64,000 bases of DNA from Trypethelium eluteriae (taxonomy: Eukaryota), in assembly GCA_051942245.1 (NCBI GenBank), contig JAVECL010000060.1:1-64000 (forward strand), written 5' to 3'. The position numbers were made by a program, and so were the translations under genes. Every line of letters starts with the position of its first letter. The stretch's first letter is position 1. Under the pieces are notes generated by a model. That model saw only the letters and a list, made by a program, of their open reading frames with translations, ran no database searches and was not told where the DNA came from. Below are positions 25,864 through 39,123 of the stretch, one piece after another.

Positions 25864-27870
25864 TCAAGCAATTCTGAGCAGCTTCGTCTGCCACATCAGC
25901 AATATCATTAAATATTGTGCAGCTGACGTGCCGATAAGGACTCTGAATTGAATAGCAAATGCCTTCGCAAATACAGAGATCACTGTCTCTTGCATAGCGG
26001 GCTGGAGAGACTGTATTGCTCCAGCTTGCTCGAGCACAGCATGGAGTTGATCAGGCGATAATACAGCCGACAGGTTCGATTGCGTGTAGCTGTTCAAGAT
26101 GCAAGTCGCAACAGCCAATCCGATTGCACCACCCATCATCCGAAGTTGCACTATACTCCCCATCGCGACAGCTTCTGACATCAGCCGTGGGACTGCATCG
26201 CATGGAAGGTACTCACGTTGGTCTCTCTTCTCAACCACATACGGGGTGATGACAACCAGTAAACCAGCATTGGCGCCCATACCCAAGCCCGACAGGACCT
26301 CGTAGCCATACTGACCCTTCCAGATGCTCTCTGTGATAGGTATCGTAGATAGAAGTGCAAATCCGACCACCTGAAGTGCTGTTCCCACAAGCATAATGAA
26401 CACAGGCGGAGTTTTCAATCTCGATGCCATCATGGCGGCTGAAATAGTTCCAACAGAGGTACAAATGGCGAATGGTAAGAGGCTAATACCAGCTTTAAGT
26501 GGTGAAGTACCGTATACAGCCTGAAACCTTAAGGGGATCTCAACGACGGGCACAGTGAAAGAGATGCCAGCAAGGAAAGAATGGCTGCTCTTAGGTTAGC
26601 GTTGCTTTTCTATCTTTTGGTGTAGGAGCAGACGATGGACGACGTGAAATGCCAAGGAAGTTTCGAGGTGTTTCTTACACAAGTGTGCCAATCCATATTC
26701 TATTCTTCAGGAACCGCCAAGGGAACACAGGCTCGATTACGTCGTTCTTTCCAGTGATGTAGCACTCCCAGCAGAAGAAGAAGATCCATAACGCGCAGGA
26801 GATGATTACCATTGCCAGAAAAGTTGCGGAGGACCAGGAGTGATTGATGCCTACGGTCTGGAGACTTGCAACAAATAACATGGAGGCGGCCAGGAGCATG
26901 AAAGTGCCGAAGAGGTCCAATCGCTGCAGTGACGACTTTGCAAAAAGCTGTAGAAACTTCTTATTTTCCTCCGACGGCTGATTGTGACGAGGAAAATTGT
27001 TTGGTATCGTGAGCAATAGAAGGCCAATTGCAATGGCGCCTGCTGGTGCACTGTAATTTGGCATGTGAGCGAGGAACTTTCGTGGCCAGGTCAAGCAATC
27101 AACCTACTTTAACAGGAATACCCATCGCCATGTAGTGTTGTCATTGATTGCACCTCCAATCAATGGACCCAGAAGCAGTGATAGAGCAAAGACGGTGGAG
27201 ACGAGGGAAGTGTAAAGTGCGTACTTTGCCTTAGGTACCATCTCAAAGAAGATTACTACAGTGAGAGAATACGCCCCAGACCCTCCAATGCCCTGAAACG
27301 CCCGGCAAACTATCCTAGGAATAAGAAAGTTAGAACTCCTGTGAGCATTTCGCAAGTGTCAGACGTACAATTGCGTGGTAGTCTGTGCCGCTCCACATCC
27401 TACGGAGAACACTGTGAACAATGTCATTGACGAGACGATTGAGAGCTTGCGACCGAAGATGTCGCTTAATTTAGCCCATATTATCAGAAGACCTACAAGT
27501 GTTAATTGTGAAGTACTACAGTCCTTAGCTCTAAGAATCTTACACGTATAGGTTAAAAGGTACGCTAATATGATCCAGCTGCTTCGACTGAAGCTTCGCA
27601 GCTCATCGGTAATGGACACCAGTGATGTGCTCACAATCGTGACCTCGAGATTTGCTAGCCAGATGCATAGGCATAGTCTATGAAGGACAACATCAGTCAT
27701 CAAGTCATGGCTATGCGGTGGAAAACCCACGCTATTGTTGCTGAACGTAGACGACCTCCTGTAAGAAAGGGCGAGGCTTGGTTATTGACATTGGCATTAA
27801 CCACGTTATTCTTCTCCTGGGACTCTTCCACTTGCAAGTTCTTCTCTGGAGTCTTCATTGGGTCAGTCAT
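25864..27870 (-). CDS. MFS drug:H+ antiporter (DHA2, 14-TM type)
   Basis: LEVTIVSTSLVSIT, AKLSDIFGRK, RAFQGIGGSG, GPLIGGAI..NTTWRWVF, LRFQAVYGTSPLKAG. Confidence 0.9.
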
Positions 27871-28384
27871 TATTGGAAAGGATCACAGACTGTGGAAGAA
27901 TGAGAAGCAAGGGAGGCAAAGGAAGGGTATAAAGACAGGGCTTGATGGTCCTCTGCAAATTACCTCCAATCTGAGCACGTGTACGGAGTAACTCCATTCG
28001 TGACACAGGAGGCAATGCAGATTGGACACAGCGTTTTTGCGGGCATGACGGTCCGGGATCGATAGTCTCCTGCTGTTCAGCCTTGCTCCACCTGCAGTCC
28101 CCTGCGCAGCCCAAGCCTGCATTTTGAGGCCCACCTTTTGGTACCCAATTGTTCGCCTGTTTGTTCCGCGCGGAGCTGCATCATGCGAGCATGACCTTGC
28201 TGCTGTGAGAGGTGCTCCATTCTTGTAATGCTAGAATTTTGACCCGATGAAACTTTACAACTTTACAACCGTCGACGCAAAGTGGTCAGAGCACCGCTCT
28301 AACTAGAGTAATCACAGGTTCCCAAGACGAGATCGGAGCATCGGGCACGGTTTAGAGAAGGTAGGTAGGGTACCTTAGGGTAGG

Positions 28385-28664
28385 CTCTCCAGTGCAGCAA
28401 AAAGCGTCCGATTTTGACACGGACCACCACACCCCAAAACCTCTCATCCCATCGAATTTTGGTGTTTAATATTGGCTTATTTGGCCATTTGCTCTACGAG
28501 TATTATGTAGTCGCTTACAGTAGTAATTGTACATACATCGCAGGTAGAAAAAACCCACCAAAAAAAAATAAAGGGATGAAAGGTATGAGGCGCGAAGGAG
28601 GAGGTGTTTGTTGATGTTTGGGTGGTCCGTGTCAAAATCGGACGCTTTTTCCTGCACTGGAGAG
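28385..28664. mobile_element. MITE A, 280 bp, 44-bp TIRs (CTC...GAG ends)
   Basis: ctctccagtgcagcaaaaagcgtccgattttgacacggaccacc at 28385-28428 matches the reverse complement of 28621-28664 with 1 mismatch. Flanked on both sides by ggtagg. Confidence 0.88.
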
Positions 28665-28670
28665 GGTAGG

Positions 28671-28925
28671 CACGCGGTTGACAAAAAAACCCGCACACCG
28701 GAATTGGGGGGTGCCTCGCCAGAAAAGCAGCCACACCTCTACATTACTTTTACGGGGTACAAATTATTATTCGACAATTTCTTGAGTCTGAAAGGTGGTG
28801 ACTGTGCAACAGCAGACGAGCCTCATATACATGTGTGATCTTTTCTGTCTACCCCCCAGCCGCTGTAAGGTACCTTATGAAGCACCCCCCAGTTTTGGTG
28901 TGCGGGTTTTTCTGTCAATCGTGTG
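28671..28925. mobile_element. MITE B, 255 bp, about 44-bp TIRs (CAC...GTG ends)
   Basis: cacgcggttgacaaaaaaacccgcacaccggaattggggggtgc versus right-end reverse complement cacacgattgacagaaaaacccgcacaccaaaactggggggtgc, differing by transitions only. Flanked by gtagg on both sides. Confidence 0.85.
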
Positions 28926-29140
28926 GTAGGGTACCTTAGGTAGGTATCTTAGTTACATTAGAGTACCCTACTCTACCGTTAAGACAGCCCACCAACGTCA
29001 AAATTCTACTTCGCCGCAAAATTTACGAGTAAACCTACAATTCGACCGTTCCACCTGTTTTTGCGTCCCTTTTGCTAGCACCTATCTCGCTCCCACCTTC
29101 CTTGGTGTTCTGCAGGGTCCTTGGGCCGGGAGCAGGATGT

Positions 29141-29330
29141 TCGTGTGAGAAACACATAGAAACTAGCTTGACCTCTCCCTGACGCCCTCATAGCTACGAC
29201 CCTTCCAGCCTACTTTACTCCCTGCTTTACTCCCTGCTTTACTGCATCCTTTTCCGGGATTCTACAGGGGCAGAGCGCGAGGAACAGAATATTTGTATGA
29301 GAAACATATAGAAACTAGCTCTCTCTGACG
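29141..29330. repeat. Dispersed ~40-bp direct repeat pair plus a short tandem (ctttactccctg)
   Basis: tgagaaacacatagaaactagct...ctgacgc near 29146 and tgagaaacatatagaaactagct...ctgacgc near 29298. Confidence 0.6.
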
Positions 29331-30222
29331 CTAACACCCCCCTTAGCTACTCTGTCCTTTCTGCCTCCTTCGCTGCCTGCCTCCGCGTTACCACCCTAAT
29401 TGGTATTTTCCTACCACTCTCAGAAGGTTCTAAACTAGCCCTCAAAAACTCGCTAGCGAGGCCTTTATCGGCGACATGCTCCTCCACGGACTCTACACCT
29501 TGGCGCTAGTCATCTTGTGTTACCTCCAGACTGTCTGAAGCAGCTCGCTTAGTCTTCTAGCTTCATAGTGAGCGTAGATCTTGGGCCAGGGAATATACAT
29601 ACTGTTTGAGGTGGTGTTGTAGGCCTACTTCCTACAGGAGCTCGGTTTGGTACTGCTGCATCAATATCCGGCAGATTGGAGGTTAGAGAGATCACATCAA
29701 GTTGATCCTCCATTCCCTCTTCATCACGGCTCATACTCAGCTTGAAACAAAGATACGCTAGGTAGGGATGATCATTCTTCTCCTTCTCAAGCACACTAGG
29801 TATCAGAGCGCTAACCGTGGTGTTGTTAAAGACCTCATATCGGAAATCAAGAGGAACATCAAAGCCTTCATACTTACCCTTTGTGTCTCTACCGGTAAAC
29901 AAAGCAGAAGTTACAACGAAGCCGTCAAAGGGATTTCGTCGAGCCGTGTGCGCAACAGCCCGTGGTGGCAGTGCGGGGGATACCAGAACAGGGCCCAACG
30001 CAGATACAAGACTGGCCGGAAACGGGCTGCACCGGGACAGAGATTGCCTGAGGCTTCCATTCTCTAGGCGTTTGAGCCCTTCCCTAGAAGTCTGGCAAAG
30101 ATAAGGTATATACGGCTGACCTTCCGACGAAACAACACTCTTTGGGAGCTGAATGATACGGGGCCCAGTTTCAAAAAATTTCAGAGCATGTATGCTAAAG
30201 GTTCTATACTACTTCTTGTTGA

Positions 30223-30247
30223 AACAACAACAACAACAACAACAACA
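30223..30247. repeat. (AAC)n microsatellite, about 8 units
   Basis: aacaacaacaacaacaacaacaac. Confidence 0.85.
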
Positions 30248-30339
30248 TGATTTTGTCATGGGATGATACTAAAGCTGTTCTGGTTCGCGACCAAAGACTG
30301 CCTCCTGGCGTGAAGTACCCGATGCAATATGCAGTCTCC

Positions 30340-32704
30340 ATACTTGAGCCACTCAAGATGTCTACAGCGAACTTTTCCGCAAGCATGTCTGTTTTGAAGA
30401 CGCAGTTAGCATTATAATACCATCTCGAGAGATTAGACGAATGGATAGAAAGCCTACAAACTGTAGCCATTGGCTGTCCAGGCGGGAGCAAAGGCATGGT
30501 ACTTGCATCTACGACCCGTAAGCCAAAGATACCACCAAGAACCCTACACTGAGTATCCACAACCGCACCTGGGTCTTGCGGTTTGCCCATCTTACCTAAC
30601 AAACGTTAGACATTTGAGGATGTTACCATATTAGGGAAAGAGCATTAAAAAAAAGGCGAACTCTTCCACTTACAAGTGCCAACAACATGATGGCTCGGCC
30701 CAGCCGCTTCCTTGATATATGCCAGAATATCGGCATAGCTCTGCACTGAAGGCCCTGGTAAGACTTCGGGACCAGAAATTACACCGAAAGAATCCGCAAA
30801 GACACGAGCACGCCTGACTCCAGTCACCGCAACCTGCTGATCCGTCGAGGTTGCAAGCCAATTAACATCCACCACCGGGTTGACGGCTGTATCCGTGGAA
30901 TTGATTGTGAGGCAGCCCCGAGATGTTGCTTTCATCAGGTTCACACCTACAGCTATATAATTACCTGTCATGTTGGAAACGATGCCAACACCGCTGAGGA
31001 TATACTGGATGTCGGGCCAATCTGCTGGAAAGTTTGAGAGTTCCGCACGAGCCGCCGACGAGAGATTTGCATATGTAGATTCGGGAAAATGCTCCCACGC
31101 TGAGAAATGTGAATCAGTGGTGCCAAGGTGGGCCACTATGTTTAGATCTGAACGGCAGGAACGTTTTACTCTTACCTATATAGTTACTTCCGAATGCCGT
31201 GAGCGGTCCCGTTTGATTTTGAACGAAGGTTTCTTGGGCTTCGGCTGCGTAAGTGGCATTGCTATAAAGCTGGTGCTGTTTGCTAACGTTCACTGGATAT
31301 CCAATACCAAAGCCTGGTTGATCCTATTCAGCAAGTTAGGATGATCTAGCTCTGTCGGTGGGTGCATGAGAGTACGTACGGAGAAGTTTGCCCCAACTCC
31401 AGAGAGGGCGGCGATGACCGGGATGCCAAGACTCTGCAGCTTATCTTCAGGACCAATACCAGATACCATGAGCAGCTATGGTGAGCGGAACTACAGCAAT
31501 TTTCAATGCTACTCATGCCCAATCAGCGATATCGACATACTGGTCCTGCAGCAATAATGACCTCTTTCGTCACGGAAAGGGTATACGACGATCCAACTAT
31601 TTCGACAAGGACCCGGCTGGCCGTTTTTCCAGTGAATAGAATGCGTTTAGCAAGGGTACGCTGATAGATCTGAAGACTTGTCTCCGCAATTTCTTGCCCT
31701 CCGAATGACGTCTCCGAGGAATCCCGAATCTGTGCATCCGGGTCGAGGGTTGCAGGATATTGAGCAAAGCCTAAGAGGCTGCCGCTCTGAATCCCGCCAT
31801 TCTCAATGAACCCCAGTTTCTGCAGTCCACTTCCGAAGCTGATACGGGGATAAAATAATTCCGAAACTAGACATGCAGAGGGCCTCCATTTGGGCTAAAT
31901 GCTGAAGCATTGGAGGCGACTGGAGGTCCTCCCCGCTTTGTGTAGTTCGGAGGCTTGAAATTCACGCTTTTCTGGAAGTGAGGAAGGATGTTATCCAATG
32001 TATAGCTCTGGTCCCCTACTGCGTCCGCCCAAGCTTGGTAAGAACCCGTGGTCCCGCTGTAACAAGGATCAGTCCTGGGACCAGGCGACATCTCCTTATA
32101 GGACCTACCGCTGACATGCTATTCCATTTCGACCGTATCTGCCAGGTTAGGTCCTGTTATCGGCGTTGAGTACTCACGATCCGCCAAGGCATTTCCCTCG
32201 ATTGTAGTGAATGGATTGCCCATTCAGTTGCTACAAGGACAGTCAACCCCACGAATTGTTTGTCGTCAGGGGCCATTTCACATACAGTTCGAGGTGTAGT
32301 AAAGATTTCCCAGTCAGTTGTAGGTGGTGCGTTGGCATAAAGGTTTTCATTCGCCGGTATCTCTGAGAAATTTCCGCTATCAAGTTCGTAGAATCCACCG
32401 GCTTCTATTACGGCAATTGACAGGCTGCTATTCTCGGCTAAGCGTTTGGCCACAGTCAGGCCCGCAGTCCCACCACCGACCACCCGGGTGCCACAGAAAG
32501 CATGTGAGATAGTGCTGCATGAAGGTCTTGGGCAACGCATACCACGTAGTCAATTGTTACATTGGTTCCCGGAAAGCCAAATGAGCTGCCCAACAATCTC
32601 CCAATCCCATTTTGGTGCGTATATCCAGATCCAAACCCTAGCCCGCCTACCTCCTTCGACAATGCAGCCGGCAGAGCTAAGCTGAAGAAATGGACAACTA
32701 GCAT
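30340..32704 (-). pseudogene. Secreted GMC oxidoreductase pseudogene
   Basis: VVGGGTAGL..A.RLAE....AVIEAG, RGKCLGGS, catalytic HHVVGTC and [15 protein letters not shown]. Lesions: first-intron acceptor reads GG rather than AG (32484-32485), in-frame TAG at 31867-31869 and a frameshift just after it. Confidence 0.85.
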
Positions 32705-33120
32705 GATAGTTTATTGGGACAGAAAAAATGAGTGAAGTCATTTACCTTACGAGTTGTCTATAAATGATCATAATTTTGTCCGTCCTTGCAGAAGTATTGC
32801 GTTGTGGCTGAAGTGTTGCACACACCTAGCAGAGACTGCAAGTCTGGTCCCAGTCTGGCCTTTTTCCACAAGGTACCCACCGGATCAGCTTTTTCGTTAC
32901 CACTTCGGAAGCGGAGATAAGTGGATTTTGGAGTTAGGAGTTACGGATGTGTGAATACCCAAGATAGTACCCTTAGGGTTCGTGCTGTCACAAAGCTGCC
33001 TCTCTTTTCCGCAGAGTCAAGCCCTTTTCCTGCATTCATCAGAGACCTGTCTTCGCAAGGGTGCGCTTCGACGCGAGAATTAGTTATCGACTTCAAACAG
33101 AAGAACTCTAGCACGGAAAT

Positions 33121-33944
33121 ATGGCTGCATCCAAGACTCTAGTTCTGATTACTGGTGAGTTCGTCCATACCTGACATTAAAAGTTAAGAGACGCGCGCTT
33201 AGTAGCGCCCTGCTAACTAAGGTACCGGTCTTAGGCGCGAACCAGGGGATTGGATTCGAGACTGCCAAGAACCTCTTGCTAGCTTCGAACGCTTACCACG
33301 TCCTCCTCGGAACTCGCGATCTCACCAAAGGCACTGCGTCTGCGTCGGCGCTCAAGACCCTCCCGATCAAGGGCCAAGTCGAACCCATTCAGATCGATGT
33401 CACTAAAGACGACTCCGTGGATGCGGCAGCTGCTCATGTTGAATCTACCTACGGCAAGCTCGACATTCTTGTCAACAATGCCGGCATCTTCAGCAAAAAC
33501 CCGAAGGCCCGCGATGCCTTCCGCGAGATCCTTGCAGTCAACAGCGTCGGCGTTGTGAGCGTGACCGAAGCCTTTCTGCCCCTTCTCCGCAAGTCCTCCG
33601 CGCCACGATTGATTTTTGTCGGCTCGAGCGTCGGCTCTATCAGACAAGCGGCGGACCCGAATTCCAAATACTACGCTCCTGCTGCCAATGAGTATCGCGC
33701 GAGCAAGGCGGCGTTGAATATGTTGTTGGTGCAGTATTGGGTCAAGCTGCAGAAAGAGAACTTCAAGGTCTTCGGGGCGGACCCGGGCTTGATTGCTACA
33801 AATTTCGTGAACCCGGAACAAGTGCGTAAGAGAGGTGCAATGGAGCCGGACGTCGGAGGCGAACGGGTTGCTAGTGTTGTGAGAGGCGATCGTGATGCCG
33901 ACGTAGGCAGAATGTGTGGCGAGTACGGAGTCTCTCCATGGTAG
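33121..33944 (+). CDS. Classical short-chain dehydrogenase/reductase, 2 exons
   Basis: Spliced MAASKTLVLITGANQGIGFETA; LDILVNNAG; YRASK catalytic motif; DPGLIATN. Confidence 0.92.
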
Positions 33945-34121
33945 AGGATTTAGGCAGATCGGCTCATCCTACAACCCCCTGGGCTTTACGGGACCATGAA
34001 GGATGTAACAAAAAAACAAACACGAACAAAAATTATCAACAGAAGTGCAGAATGACTTTATCACAGTACATAAACATGTCGACACTATCCCAGAAAGCCG
34101 CTTCTTAATCCTTGCAACTGC

Positions 34122-34350
34122 CTATTCATGAGCGACAAGTCTTATTCTACACATCAAAGGAGGTTTCTCCCACAAGGCAAAGCTGCCCTGCAAATGCCAT
34201 TCCTTGCTTTCGTCACATAGCTCAAGATCGAAATTCCACAAAACTCTTGCCAGGATCACTCGCATCTCATTATAATCAAGGCTTTTGCCGAGACAGTTAC
34301 GAGGACCATAGCTGAATGGCTGTGAGGCATCTCGTCGGTCGTTATAGAAA
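34122..34350 (-). pseudogene. C-terminal ~75-aa remnant of a cytochrome P450
   Basis: FYNDRRDASQPFSYGPRNCLGKSL.YNEMRVILARVLWNFDL...LWEKPPL. The upstream sequence is PKS on the opposite strand. Confidence 0.88.
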
Positions 34351-34352
34351 AG

Positions 34353-37300
34353 AATGACCACCGAGTTGGAGAAGACATCGTTTTCCCTTTTGCCGGCTAT
34401 GTCGCCATGGCCGGCGAGGCAATACGCCAAACCACCGACGTCCAGATCGGCTACGGCGTGAGACATATCGTCGCTTATACAGCATTGGTTCTCTCAGAGG
34501 CGAAGCCGGTTGAAGTTGTGACTACCCTTCGGCGACATAGGCTGACTGATGCGACTGACTCGGATGCTTACAAGTTCGTAATTACTTCTTACTCTGGATC
34601 GGTATAGATTTAAAAATTGCGAGGGAACTGTCAGACCAAAATATGATACTATCACGAGGTCGCCGACTTCTGATATACTGCCCCGAAAAATTGGTGCGTC
34701 CAAGTGGTACGAGATAATGGCACGCGCCGGGCTGATTTACGGCCCTGAGTTTCAGAACATCACCTCACTGGCTTCTTCAACAACGGAGCATCTTGCAGCT
34801 GGCACAATCGCAAGCACATAAAATCACCAAGATACACCTTTCCTCTTTCATCCGGCGACGCTTGATAGTTGCCTTCAGATGGTTTTGGCAGCTCTTGCTC
34901 AAGCTGCTGGACGCAACCTGAATTAGCCCTCAGTCCTCACTTTGATCGAGGAGCTCGATGTTTTCCGGAGCGCATCCAGAGTGCATGCCAGAGCATGGTG
35001 TTTTAATGACGGGAAGGACGTTGGACTGGACTGTACAGCCAACGGCACAATTGCGCTCCGTCTTCGCGGCGCTCGCTTGATACCTCTTAAGGATGATAAG
35101 GCCATCTTTGTGACCGATCGACATGCTGCTGCTCGCCTAGAATGGTATCCTGATTTTGACTTTTTGGATATCCCGCCTCTATTTACGCCTCCGGTAGCTA
35201 GCAACGACGTGAAGCGTTTGCTTGAAGAGCTGGCTCTGCTTTGCCTCCTTGATTCATCAGAGAGGCTTAAGGGTCTTACCACGGAGCAGCCTCATTTCCT
35301 GAAATTCCGCGATTGGATTCAGCGTGAGAAGGAGCGTGCGGCGTCAGGCACTTACCCGGTTGTGAAAGACTCTGCTAGCTATGTCAAGCTTCCTCGTTCG
35401 GATAGACTCGATAATATCAAGGAACGGATGAGAATCCTTTCCACGACACCTTCTATTGGTCTCGTCGCAACTGGTATCATGCGAATCTGCGAAAATGCCG
35501 AGGGCCTCTTCACCGGAAAAGTTGACACCCCTAATCTCCTCATGCAAGATAACGTTTTGACCGAAATCTACAATGCCGTTAGTTTCGGTTTTGGCGATTT
35601 CATCCGCATGTTGTCAATCACGAAGCCAAACCTCCGGATCCTCGAAGTCGGAGCTGGTACTGGTGGAACGACTGAGCTGATTCTCAGAGAATTAGCTAGA
35701 TGCGGTGGGAACCCTAGTTACTCCATCTATACATTTACCGATATCTCGGCTGGGTTTTTCGCTCAGGCTAAGGAACGATTCTCTTACGCGCCGAACATGG
35801 ATTACAAGGTCTGTGATATTTCTCAAAATCCATTTGAGCAGGGATTTGAAGCTGCATCGTACGATATTATTCTGGCACCAAATGTGGTCCATGCGACGCC
35901 CAGCCTACAGAATACTTTGCGAAATCTTCAGCCGCTCCTCAAGCCCCATGGCCACCTTGTTCTTTCCGAAGTCTGCGCAGTTGCAAGAGCTCCCGGCTAC
36001 GTGTTTGGTAACTTCTCTGGCTGGTGGCTTAGGGAGGTAGATGATCGCAAATATGAGCCATATGTCATGGTTGACCGGTGGGATCGTGAGTTGAAAGCCG
36101 CTGGATTCTCAGGTGTAGATACTGCTGTCTATGACGCCGAAGAACCTTTTCAGTACTGCGCAGCCATTGTGGCACAACCGAAGCTAGAGAGGTCGAGCTC
36201 TGGAGACGAGTCAGTCACGGTCCTTTGCGATGAACCAGAAGGGGGAGTTGCTTCCCGTTTGACTAAGGACTTGCGTCGAGCAGGTCTTACAGTCACAACG
36301 GTAAGATTCGGTGAAACCGTTCCTGTTGACCAGGATATCCTCAGCACTCTGGATCTTGAATCGCATTTCTTCGAGAATGTTTCTGAGAAGAGATTTTTGG
36401 CTTTCCAAAACCTTCTCCGTCACCACAAGGATCAAAAGCTTCTTTGGTTGATGCCGCTTACCCAAGTCGACTGCCAGGACCCTCGGTCTGCTCAGACCAT
36501 TGGCACACTCAGAGTGGCTCGTGCGGAATTGGCCATACCCGCTAACACACTTGAGATCGATGTAGCGGAGACTGATTTCTCGCAATTAGTCATGAAAGTC
36601 TTCGAGAAGGTGCGCACTCGCGAAGACACAGAGAAAATAGCTCCAGATCGCGAATACGCCGTTGCCGATGGCGTTATCAAAATCGGTCGATACCAGCCAT
36701 TTTCGTTGGAAGAAGAGATTGGCCAGAGAGCCCTCTTGGATGTCCATCATGCTAAGGTGCTTGGAATCGGCAAACCTGGTCTTTTAGACACTTTGAAATG
36801 GGTACAGAGAAGCTCGCCAACCGCATTAGAAGACCATTGAGTCGATTAACTCCAGAGCAGTTGGACTGAATTTCAGAGTAAGCAATTAAGCTCCGTTGTT
36901 ACATTTTGTTGCACTAACGCAACCAGGATATCATGGTCTCCATGGGGGTCCTCAAGTTTGGATCTGACAGTGTACCATTTGGTCTCGAACTCACTGGCAG
37001 TGTTAATAGAGTCGGACCCAAAGTTGTCAATGTAACCCCTGGCGACCGAGTCTGTGGTGTCGCTGTGGAAGGGTGCTTCTCGACGCGTGCTATCCTCTTG
37101 GATTCGCTTGTCGTCAACATTCCCGGCAATATAGGCTTCGAAGAAGGAGCAAGCATGCCTGCCTGCTATACTACAGCTGTCCAAGCTCTTATTGACGTCG
37201 GGCGAGTCGATGTTGTTCAAGCAGTCCTCGTCCACTCGGCTTGCGGTGGTGTTGGCCATGCTGCCATAGAATTGTGTAAGATGGTGGGGACAGAGATATA

Positions 37301-39123
37301 TGCCACTGTTGGGAGCGAAGAAAAGATACAGTATCTCATCGAGAAATTTGAAATACCGCGGAACCGTATCTTCAACTCTCGTAATGATTCTTGTCTAAGT
37401 GGTGTCATGCTTGAAACCGCCGGCCGAGGTTGCGATCTTGTACTCAACTCTCTCTCGGGAGAACTGCTGCACGCCTCATGGAGATGTGTAGCTGAGTTCC
37501 GTAAATTGATCGAATTAGGTAAAAGAGATCTTGTTGGCTTTGGCAAATTGGATTTGGAGCCGTTTCTGCTCAACCGATCGTACTGCTGCGTCGATCTCGC
37601 GCATTCCATGGAAGAGAGGCCAACTTCTGTAGGACAGTGAGTTGCCAAGCCATTCTAATCCGAAGAAAGGATACTTACTAATCAAATTCGCCAGCGTGAT
37701 GAAGCGATGGCTTGAATTTTATTCTCAAGGCCGCCTCGGCCCAATCCGTTCCATGTCTGTTTTTGACGCTGCCGACATCGAGCAAAGTTTTCGGCATCTG
37801 CAGAATCGTGAACATATTGGAAAAGTCATCGTCAGCATTCCTGAAACCGCTTCAAGCATTCCGAGTGTTTTACATGCTAAGCCTTTTGTCCTAAACACGG
37901 ATGTTTCGTACCTTTTGACTGGTGGACTTGGTGGACTTAGGCGATCTGTTGCGACTTGGATGGTTGAGAGAGGGGCCCGAAGTCTCATTTTTCTTTCTAG
38001 AAGTGCCGGAAAGAGTGAATCAGACTGCATATTCTTTGAAGAGTTGAAGAGCATGGGCTGCTCTACCTCTGTCGTAGCCGGAAAAGCTGATGATATGGAT
38101 GCAGTCAAAGCGACTCTATCACTAGCTTCGAAGCCGGTTAAAGGAATCGTTCATCTGGCAATGGTGCTACGGGTACGTCGTCTGCATTTTGATCGCCACG
38201 AAAACTTACTGACTGTGTAGGATGCTCCAATTCTTGACCTCACGTTCGAGGAATGGACTTCAACTGTTGCACCAAAGGTCCAAGGCGCATGGAATCTCCA
38301 CCATGCGTTTAAGGACCAACCTCTTGACTTCTTCGTCATGGCAAGCTCTCTAGTTACATTGATTGACCAGCCGGGCCAAGGTAACTACGCTGCTGCGAAC
38401 ACGTTCCTCGAATCATTCTGCCAATACCGACATAGGCATGGATTTCCCGCCTCTGTACTCGGCATTTGTCCTGTCGACGATATCGGCTTTGTGGCCGAAA
38501 ATCCTGCAATCAGAAAGAAACTTAAATCGCAAGGTCTATACTTCCTTCCCGAGCGCGAGCTTCTGGACTACATGGAATTTGCCGTCTTAAACTCTTATCC
38601 TCCTGCGTTAGATGCAACAGCTACATTGTCTACCAACGACACGACGGCATCGTGGAAGAGCACAGGACACATAATTATAGGCCTTCGCTCCGAGATTCAT
38701 CTGGACGACCCTAGTTGCCAAGCCAGTTGGCGTCGTGATCGACGTATGGGAATGTACCACAACGTACCGAAGGACGCTACCGATGGCTCCGAGGCGCTGA
38801 ACTCCAACGTGCTGAAGTCATTTCTCTCCCGAGCTGCCGATGATCCTGATATTCTAGACGAAAAGACAAGTACTGACTATCTGGCATCAGAGATTGGAAA
38901 GAGGATATTCAGATTTATGATGAAGGCCGAGGAGGACATGGAGATTGAAATGAGTCTGAGCGCTATTGGAATGGACAGCTTGATGGCGATTGAGTTGAGA
39001 AGATGGTGGAAGCAAGCATTCGGCCTAGATATTACTGTGTTGGAGGTGATGAACTCGGGTAATCTGGAAGGACTGGGTAAATTTGCTGGAGAGAGGTTGA
39101 AGAAGAAATTTGAAGACTGTTAG
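34353..39123 (+). pseudogene. 5'-truncated highly reducing PKS (partial DH-cMT-ER-KR-ACP; KS and AT absent)
   Basis: DH motif DHRVGEDIVFP, FHPATLD; cMT ILEVGAGTGG; ER VLVHSACGGVG, VLNSLSGELL; KR YLLTGGLGGL, GQGNYAAAN; ACP GMDSLMA. Stops at 34605, 34819, 34924 and 36838; frameshifts near 34611 and 36845. Confidence 0.93.

Noticed and set aside
28361..28946. Repeat-spacer-like look of the gtagg-separated blocks (CRISPR-like?)
   Set aside because: The context is eukaryotic, the units are TIR-bounded elements of 255-280 bp, and there are no cas genes.
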